Positions 57,101-64,000 of a stretch of DNA of 64,000 nucleotides are shown piece after piece. Where the stretch lies: positions 6,240,001-6,304,000 of the forward strand of contig OY762069.1 in the NCBI GenBank assembly GCA_963665095.1, written 5' to 3'. This stretch comes from an uncultured Desulfobacter sp. (GTDB lineage Bacteria > Desulfobacterota > Desulfobacteria > Desulfobacterales > Desulfobacteraceae). The notes under the pieces are model-generated. The model did not search any database and was not told the DNA's origin. It saw nothing but the letters and a program-made list of their open reading frames with translations. Made by a program: the position numbers and the translations under genes. The number at the start of each line of letters is the position of its first letter. The first letter of the stretch is position 1.

Positions 57101-57378
57101 ATTATTTTGACATTCTTGGCGTGCCTCAGGATGCCTCACCCGCAGAGATTAAAAAAGCCTATCACAGGCTTGCGTTTCAACACCATCCCGATTATTCCGC
57201 CCGAAAACGAAAGAAAAAAGAATTTATCCGGATCATCCAGGCATATCACACCCTCATTGATCCGGTGAAACGTTCAGAATACATGAATTCACAATCTTCT
57301 GCAGTCACCTCTGCACCCCGGGATTTCCTGACAGAATACTGGAACCAACTATTCCGGCAGGGCGGCATCACTAAATAA
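57097..57378 (+). CDS. small J-domain (DnaJ-like) protein
   Basis: NYFDILGV...IKKAYHRLA..HHPD...AYHTLIDP. Confidence 0.9.
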   Translation: MNYFDILGVPQDASPAEIKKAYHRLAFQHHPDYSARKRKKKEFIRIIQAYHTLIDPVKRSEYMNSQSSAVTSAPRDFLTEYWNQLFRQGGITK

Positions 57379-57434
57379 TTGGGGTCAGAGTAAAATTAAA
57401 TTTGCAAATTTAATTTTACTCTGACCCCAATTAT
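57375..57434. repeat. perfect 60-bp palindrome between convergent genes
   Basis: ATAATTGGGGTCAGAGTAAAATTAAATTTG followed directly by its reverse complement. Confidence 0.95.
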
Positions 57435-57448
57435 ACCAATTATATTTT

Positions 57449-58222
57449 TCAGGCAGCTCTATAGGTGTCTTCCACCGGCACTACCAGGGGGTATCCCTTA
57501 TGGTGAATGATTTCAACCGGCAGCCCGTATACCTCGGTCAGCAGGTTCGGACTGATTTTGTTTATTTCTCCTGCCCCGAACACGGTGTGGTTTTTCAGAC
57601 AGATATACCGGTCTGCATACCTCAGCGCTGAATTCAGGTCGTGCATGGTCATGATCACGGCAAGGTTGTGGTCCCGGACAATGTGCCGGACCAGGCTTAA
57701 AATCCGGGTCTGGTTTTTGAGATCCAGGCTGGAAGTGGGTTCGTCCAGCAGCAGGATATCGGTTTCCTGGACCAGTGCCCGGGCAATGGCCACCTGCTGC
57801 AGTTCCCCGCCGGAGAGTTCATACAGGTTTTTCAGAGTCATGTGCGTCAGGTTTAGCTGTTCCAAAACTGATCCGACTTTTTTTAAGTCCTGTTTTGTGG
57901 CCGTGAACCGGATATGGGGGTACCGTCCCATGAGTACGGCATCAAACACCGTGATTTTTCCCGCTTCGTTATACTGGGCCACATAGCTGATTTCCCTGGC
58001 AATCTGCTGGATGTTCATTGCCTTAAGGGATTTGTCTTTTACCAGCACCTGACCATTTGAGGGAATCAGAATTTTATTCAGACATTTGAGCAGGGTTGTT
58101 TTACCCACGCCGTTGGGCCCGAGAATCACGGTGATTTTACCCCTGGGAATGGCAAAGCTGATATCCTCAAGAATTTTTGTGGATTTATACTTAAATTTAA
58201 GATTGTTTACTGTCAGGATCAT
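57449..58222 (-). CDS. FecE/BtuD-type ABC transporter ATPase
   Basis: GPNGVGKT, LSGGELQ, LLLDEPT, HDLN. Confidence 0.92.
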   Translation of the reverse strand: MILTVNNLKFKYKSTKILEDISFAIPRGKITVILGPNGVGKTTLLKCLNKILIPSNGQVLVKDKSLKAMNIQQIAREISYVAQYNEAGKITVFDAVLMGRYPHIRFTATKQDLKKVGSVLEQLNLTHMTLKNLYELSGGELQQVAIARALVQETDILLLDEPTSSLDLKNQTRILSLVRHIVRDHNLAVIMTMHDLNSALRYADRYICLKNHTVFGAGEINKISPNLLTEVYGLPVEIIHHKGYPLVVPVEDTYRAA

Positions 58223-59289
58223 CTGGGGTTGCCTTTAATAATAAGGTAAATAAAAACCGGTGCCCCTAAAAATGCTGTGAAAATGGAAACCGGCAGCACA
58301 TGGGGCAGCATGACAAGACGGGCCACCATGTCTGCGGCCAGAAGAATCACGGCCCCTGCAAGTATGGTGGCTGGCAGAAGAAACCTGTGGTCATCCCCGA
58401 TAATACGACGCACAATATGGGGGGCGGCCAGGCCCACAAAACTGATAATGCCCACAAAGCTGATGATCAAAGCGGTCATCAGGGAGGCGGCCAGCATGCC
58501 GGCCAGTCTGACCCGTTCCACCCGGATTCCAATACCTTTGGCGCTCTCATCCCCTAAAGCCATGCCGTTGTAAGATCGTGCATTCCAGAGAAAAAAGCCC
58601 AGGAGGATCACCACGCAGGGTGCCACCAGGGCAATGTCGTTCCAGTCAGCCCTTGCCAGGTCCCCGAAGGTCCAGAACACCATGGCGGCCAGCTGCACAT
58701 CATCGGCAAAAAACTGTAAAAGCATGGTGCCTGCGGTAAAAAGAGAGCCTAAGGCGACGCCGGTCAGTACCATGACCTGGGGGGAGGCCCCTTTTTTACC
58801 GGATATGAAGATGATGATCAGCGCCGTGAGAATGGAAAAGGAAAATGCCGTTGCCACAGTGATAACCGGGTTTGAAATGGCCACGGCATCACCGGAAGAC
58901 GATGCCATCACGCCTGTCCCCATAATAATCACTGACAGGGCCGCGCCAAATGCGGCCGCATGGGATATCCCCAAGGTAAAGGGCGAGGCCAGGGGATTTT
59001 TTAAGACCGACTGCATAACGGCACCGGATGCGGCAAGGCCTGCCCCGCCTAAAACAGCGATAACGGTCTGGGGCAGGCGGATATTCCATACAATCAGATC
59101 TGCCTTCCGCGACGGTGCATCCAGCATCAGTGTCTGCACCACGTCCAGCAGGGGCAGCCGCACCGCTCCCTTGCTCAGGGATACAAGGAACAACAAGACC
59201 ATCAGGCAGAAAAAGACACACAGCAGCCACGATTTTTTCCGGATATACCCGATATAAGCGTCAGGAATAACAGCGTTGTCAAAATGCAT
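58219..59289 (-). CDS. FecCD/BtuC-type ABC transporter permease
   Basis: IRLP, NPLASPFTLG, GIISFVGL..PH. Confidence 0.92.
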   Translation of the reverse strand: MHFDNAVIPDAYIGYIRKKSWLLCVFFCLMVLLFLVSLSKGAVRLPLLDVVQTLMLDAPSRKADLIVWNIRLPQTVIAVLGGAGLAASGAVMQSVLKNPLASPFTLGISHAAAFGAALSVIIMGTGVMASSSGDAVAISNPVITVATAFSFSILTALIIIFISGKKGASPQVMVLTGVALGSLFTAGTMLLQFFADDVQLAAMVFWTFGDLARADWNDIALVAPCVVILLGFFLWNARSYNGMALGDESAKGIGIRVERVRLAGMLAASLMTALIISFVGIISFVGLAAPHIVRRIIGDDHRFLLPATILAGAVILLAADMVARLVMLPHVLPVSIFTAFLGAPVFIYLIIKGNPR

Positions 59290-59294
59290 GGCAG

Positions 59295-60407
59295 TTATTT
59301 ATCCCCAAGGTCAACCGGTTTGAACGCCTTACCGTAAAACAGCTGGTCCATGTCCTTGTATACCCTTGCAGATAAAAGAAACTCATAGATGTCATCTGCT
59401 TTTTTTTCAGGATCGATATCGGCAAACTGTTCCGGATAGAGAATCTTACCCACATACCAGGCATCCGCCAGAATGGAACCGGAATTCTGGGCGTACCAGT
59501 TATAAGGCAGCACCCCGTACACCCGTCCGGCTGCCACAGCATCCAGGGCCTGGAACACGGGATCTGTTTTCAGTTCGTGGAGCCCGCCATGGTTGTCCCC
59601 CATCTGAAGGGTGGAAAGATCCAGGAAAAGGACATCCGGGTTTTCCTCCAGCAGTTTTTCCTTGGAAAAGCTGGAGTGGGATAAATTTTGTACTTTGACT
59701 TCAGATGCCCTTGCGATGTTGTCGGCATTGACAAACTCAAAGGCCGGATAGATAGGTTCGGTGGACTGGAACCCGTGGGGGCCCTTATATGCAATGCCAC
59801 CCACAAAACAGGATTTTTTATTTTTTACCGATGCCGTGCGTTGGTCCAGCTCTTTGATGTGACTGTCAAAAAACGCAATCAACTCCCTGGTGCGTTGTTC
59901 CCTTTGCAGGACCTGCCCGATAATCTTCAAGCTGTGATAAAATATATCCCTTTGAGTTGAGAGGCTGCCATATTCCAAAGACACCACAGGAATCCCAGTT
60001 TTCTGGGACAGCTTCACCGGGTCATAGCCCATGGTGGGATAGGTTTTGAAAATTACCTGGGGCTGTGTGGCGAGACCTAATATTTTTTCCGGATCATCTT
60101 TGCCCCTGAACTCCCCAAATACCGGCAGGGTTTTAAACCCGGGGTTGGCAATTTTATAGGGCCTTGCATCGAATTTCTTCCTGGCCGTTTCCATATCGTC
60201 CACTGCCACAACCATGTCCTGGGCCTTGAAATAGGTGATCAGCCGAAGTGCGCCCGGGCCGGAACAGATAATATGTGATATCTGATCCGGTACTGTCACG
60301 GTTCTGCCGGTGCTGTCTGTTACGGTTCTTGCGGCCCAGGCAGTTGCAATGAAAACCAGGCCCGCCAGGATTAAAGACGCTGTTACCAACAGTTGCTTTG
60401 CTTTCAT
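59295..60407 (-). CDS. metal-chelate (iron/cobalamin-type) ABC substrate-binding protein
   Basis: signal peptide, TVTDSTGRTVTVP, EKIL, AVAAGRVY. Confidence 0.88.
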   Translation of the reverse strand: MKAKQLLVTASLILAGLVFIATAWAARTVTDSTGRTVTVPDQISHIICSGPGALRLITYFKAQDMVVAVDDMETARKKFDARPYKIANPGFKTLPVFGEFRGKDDPEKILGLATQPQVIFKTYPTMGYDPVKLSQKTGIPVVSLEYGSLSTQRDIFYHSLKIIGQVLQREQRTRELIAFFDSHIKELDQRTASVKNKKSCFVGGIAYKGPHGFQSTEPIYPAFEFVNADNIARASEVKVQNLSHSSFSKEKLLEENPDVLFLDLSTLQMGDNHGGLHELKTDPVFQALDAVAAGRVYGVLPYNWYAQNSGSILADAWYVGKILYPEQFADIDPEKKADDIYEFLLSARVYKDMDQLFYGKAFKPVDLGDK

Positions 60408-60546
60408 ATCTTTCACTCCTTGAAATAAAAAAAGCCGTAGAAGTACAGGTCTGTTACGTTCAACAGAAGCTGAAAGCCTTCGTGGCTTAAGGATTTTGTA
60501 TATAGGGCAAAACTTACTTGTGCTGCCTTCAGACAGCGTTGAGCGT

Positions 60547-60575
60547 ATCCTATTGAACCGTCATTCAGCTGTCAA
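60547..60575 (-). promoter_or_regulatory. sigma70-type promoter of the ABC operon
   Basis: TTGACA-N17-TAGGAT on the minus strand. Confidence 0.6.
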
Positions 60576-60815
60576 GAGATCTTGGATTCAGGTGGGAAAT
60601 TAAAACCGGTAATGGGGGAAATTTAAAGATACGATCTGCTGGTTGAAAATGATTCGAATTTTAGATAAAAGACAGGAGGTTGTTGAATTTTTTGCAGGGT
60701 TTGGTGTTTTATTTCATGATTTATGATGATAAAACAAGAAGCCTGGTAAAAGAAGAGATGGCCCGACCGTGTTTTTATGTGTGAGGCTGAAAAAGAGTGA
60801 AAGGAAACGGCGATA

Positions 60816-62075
60816 GTGCCCAAAATGGAAACCTGTTTCAAATTGGATTTAACCTGTATTCAAGAAAGAACCGTGGCCCACGGTGTTTATCAGACTGGAA
60901 TTTTTGATGACCACCGGCTTCATACGGCCCTTCAGCCCATTTACAGCCTGGCCCATAAACGTATTGTCGGCCATGAGGGACTCACCCGGGTTTTCGATGC
61001 CCGGAACAATTCTGTTTCTCCGGCAGACCTTTTTACCCGGGATATTTCCGATGCCCGGATGATCCAGCTGGATCGCCTTACCCGGTGGCTGCATCTCCAG
61101 AATTTCAAGCTGCTCAATGACCCCTTGAACTGGCTGTTCCTCAATGTCACCTCCGAGACCCTTGCCTGGGGCCGGGAGTATGGTCCTTTTTTCAAGACCG
61201 CGCTGGACGCGACTGGCATTCCCGCCCACAGAATTGTGATCGAAGTAGTGGAGCATCCCTTTGAAAATGAAGATCATATCAAAGATGCGGTGGAGTGCTA
61301 CAGAGAACTGGGATGTCTTATTGCACTGGATGATTTTGGGGCCGGCCACTCCAACTTTAACCGGATATGGACCTTAAAACCCGATATTGTCAAGCTTGAC
61401 AGATCCTTTCTGACCCGGGCCGATAACAGTCAGGGGATTCGGAATATGCTGCCGGGGATCGTTTCTCTGCTACATCAGGCAGGCGCCCTGGTCCTGATGG
61501 AAGGGGTTGAAAATCAGGATCAGGCACTGCTTGCCATTGGCAGTGATGTGGATCTGGTTCAGGGATTTTACTTTGGAAAACCCTTTACCGATTTGCTTTC
61601 CCCACCGGACAGATTTGATCAGTTCGCATCCCTTATGGCTTTGTATCGACGTGAAACCAGTCAAACAGAAACCCGGTTTAAGGAAAATATTCTTAGGTAT
61701 CATGATCTGTTCAGCTGTGCTGCAGGTCGTCTCCGGGACGGAGCGTCCATGCCTGATGCCTGCAATCAACTGCTCGAAGATTCGCGTGTGGTTCGTTGTT
61801 TCAGACTGGGAACCAACGGGGTTCAGATCGGCAAAACTCTGATTGCCGAGCGGCATGCAGGATTTAATGATCAGCGTTTTAAACCCCTTGAAGATGCCAG
61901 GAGTGCCGACTGGTTTCGGCGCCACTATCTGAGAAGGGCCATATACCATCCTGAGCAGATTCAGGTCACCCGGCCATATCTTTCCATTACCGGCGCCCAC
62001 ATGTGCATCACCCTGTCCATGAAATTAACATCCCCCTCGGGCGAGAATGTCCTTTGCTGTGATCTGATGGCTTAA
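60816..62075 (+). CDS. EAL-domain c-di-GMP phosphodiesterase with a C-terminal sensor-like domain
   Basis: QPI, EGLTR, LFLNV, ALDDFGAG, KLD, EGVE, QGFY. Confidence 0.88.
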   Translation: MPKMETCFKLDLTCIQERTVAHGVYQTGIFDDHRLHTALQPIYSLAHKRIVGHEGLTRVFDARNNSVSPADLFTRDISDARMIQLDRLTRWLHLQNFKLLNDPLNWLFLNVTSETLAWGREYGPFFKTALDATGIPAHRIVIEVVEHPFENEDHIKDAVECYRELGCLIALDDFGAGHSNFNRIWTLKPDIVKLDRSFLTRADNSQGIRNMLPGIVSLLHQAGALVLMEGVENQDQALLAIGSDVDLVQGFYFGKPFTDLLSPPDRFDQFASLMALYRRETSQTETRFKENILRYHDLFSCAAGRLRDGASMPDACNQLLEDSRVVRCFRLGTNGVQIGKTLIAERHAGFNDQRFKPLEDARSADWFRRHYLRRAIYHPEQIQVTRPYLSITGAHMCITLSMKLTSPSGENVLCCDLMA

Positions 62076-62303
62076 GGCGGACCAACAGAGATTTTAAACC
62101 GGCAGGAATGATTTGATCCGTAACCTGTCTCAGCAAAATGATTGCAATCCCTTTTTCAATGGCAGAAAGTTATCCCAAACAGCCAAGCCATGGTTTGAAG
62201 CAGATGTTTGGTTCCAGGTGATTGCCTTGTTCATCCATTCTTGATAAATAGGCGGCCGTGTCCTATATAAAATTCAACAATTAAATTCAAAGTAATTGTT
62301 TTT

Positions 62304-63797
62304 ATGATACGGGAAAAACTGGACAAAGTATTAGCAGTCTCGACACTGAAACATATGGGGATAAAAAAGCCGGTTCCCGGTTTCAATATTGGAATTCCCT
62401 TGCTCTCAAGCGTATTTTTAATCCACCAGCGGGAAAAAGAGATAGTTGCATCCAACGCAGACAGGATTGAAAGATATAACAGTGAAACCCTGATGGATGA
62501 CCTGATAGACATAGGCGTCCCTGTTAATATCAACTATGCCATTGTCCTGGAGCAGATTCAAAAGGAAAACTATATCTCCATTGATGAGGATGACTGGTAC
62601 TATGAAGAACGGCTGGGGTCAATTCTAATAAGACTGTTCAGTCTCATATATCCGACCATGCCCGGGCTTGGCATTATTGCCTATTTTAACCAGACTGCAG
62701 AAGAGATAGAGTCCGGGAGAAAGTCTCTTGAACTTGCCATTGAACAGGTGAATAATCAATTACAGATTGAAGGCATTGCCCTTAACTTAACCAAACTGAA
62801 TAAAAGCTACCTGCTTGGCATTAAAAAAATTGTGCTGGCCCAGTCCAGACAGGCCCCTCCCCCAAACAGAAAACACCTGCTGGCCCGCGTGGTTGAAGAG
62901 CGGGAGAAAAAAAGGGCTCAGGCGTTAGAGACAATTTCAGATCAGATGGCCATGAGACCCTACCTGCCGGTCCTGCCTGTAAACGAGCGGCTGGTTAAAG
63001 ATCAAATTAACCAGAAATTTTCTACCAACCTTGATATTTCAGAAATCATTTTAAGTGATATGGCAATGGTTTTAAATATTTTAAAGGCAGCTAACCTGAA
63101 ATCATCTAGAAAAAAACTGGGTGCCATCTCCCACGCTATCATGCTTCTTGGGCATGAAGAGCTTAAAAATATCGTCAATAAATTTGTTTCCCTTGAAACC
63201 ATCAAAGATCCGAAATATCTTGCAGAGTTCGAAAATAACTATTTCAGCGCGTTTATGGGGTACCGTATTGCAGTCAACTATCTTTCCAGGCGCGATATAA
63301 AGGATTTTGAAGAGATTTCTATTTGCGCCATGATCCATAATCTTGGCCAGATCATTGTACTTGCGTACTACCCTGAAGCCTATTTTGAAATTAAGAATCT
63401 CATTGAATCGAAAAATATCAATAAAAGAAAAGCCGCAAGAAAAATAATTGGTACGACCTACGACAGTGTCGGTATTTACTTTGCAAACCAGTGGGGATTC
63501 CCCTTCAGAATTGTGGAAAGCCTGAAGACTTGCTACTTTAACCGCGTGGGCAAAACCAAAGAGGATGTACTGGTCAACTTCCCTTTTTGCGCCACGGAAC
63601 TTTGTGCCTTTGCAGGCGGTGTCCTGGATCAAAAGCAGACACGGCGTCTCAGGGAACTTATTAACAGCCTGAATATGTTTTCAAAAGAAATTTCAACGCT
63701 GATTGAGAAAGCCTGGGCAGACACCACCCGGTTTTCAAGCGACCATGGCATCAATTTAAAAAAGAAATTTCTATCTAAAATTGCTGCAACCGGTTAA
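62304..63797 (+). CDS. HDOD-domain protein
   Basis: ILKAAN, AIMLLG, IHNLGQI, ANQWGFP. Confidence 0.8.
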   Translation: MIREKLDKVLAVSTLKHMGIKKPVPGFNIGIPLLSSVFLIHQREKEIVASNADRIERYNSETLMDDLIDIGVPVNINYAIVLEQIQKENYISIDEDDWYYEERLGSILIRLFSLIYPTMPGLGIIAYFNQTAEEIESGRKSLELAIEQVNNQLQIEGIALNLTKLNKSYLLGIKKIVLAQSRQAPPPNRKHLLARVVEEREKKRAQALETISDQMAMRPYLPVLPVNERLVKDQINQKFSTNLDISEIILSDMAMVLNILKAANLKSSRKKLGAISHAIMLLGHEELKNIVNKFVSLETIKDPKYLAEFENNYFSAFMGYRIAVNYLSRRDIKDFEEISICAMIHNLGQIIVLAYYPEAYFEIKNLIESKNINKRKAARKIIGTTYDSVGIYFANQWGFPFRIVESLKTCYFNRVGKTKEDVLVNFPFCATELCAFAGGVLDQKQTRRLRELINSLNMFSKEISTLIEKAWADTTRFSSDHGINLKKKFLSKIAATG

Positions 63798-64000
63798 TTG
63801 TTTGGGTCGATTACATTAAAGCGGTTTGAAATTGGGGGCGTCTTGACCCGGCCTTTAATGGGTGACCCCATTGTTTTGTTCGTTGTAGATTTTTCTTGAC
63901 AAGACCAGATGGTTTGCCTAAATTTTGATTCAACACTTATAATCAAAAATATTCTTTTTTCTTCCATATTATTATTGATTATTGGATCTTTTCATTTTGG

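Overview
Genomic window from a sulfate-reducing deltaproteobacterium, most likely Desulfobacteraceae (judged from the gene content and the general look of the 16S sequence; no search was run). It is mostly housekeeping: recN, gltA, ltaE, a 16S-23S-5S operon with no spacer tRNAs, rnfCDGEAB, ppk1, uraA/upp, priA, a selenocysteine formate dehydrogenase with fdhE, a FecCD-type ABC importer, and EAL and HDOD signalling proteins. The accessory hotspot is about 37.7-46.1 kb, an integron-type cassette array with 3 clear attC sites, 1 degenerate attC and no integrase in the window. Its cassettes encode a HEPN-like protein, a secreted unknown protein, a toxin-first VapC/Phd module and a NIPSNAP protein. 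Two different group II introns sit in attC sites in the cassette orientation. One splits the L'' box and was itself truncated by a three-gene TGT...ACA transposon (zinc-ribbon + DDE + AAA ATPase) that has a structured 3' non-coding region. The other is ORF-less, sits inside the GTTA|GAT core site, and has a candidate EBS1 complementary to that site. Other notable items: 158-bp tandem repeats derived from 5S rRNA plus its terminator, two ~127-bp ERIC-like palindromes (one in the rRNA spacer), a perfect 60-bp palindrome, deletion scars in a secreted-protein cluster, and an uncharacterised J-domain operon.
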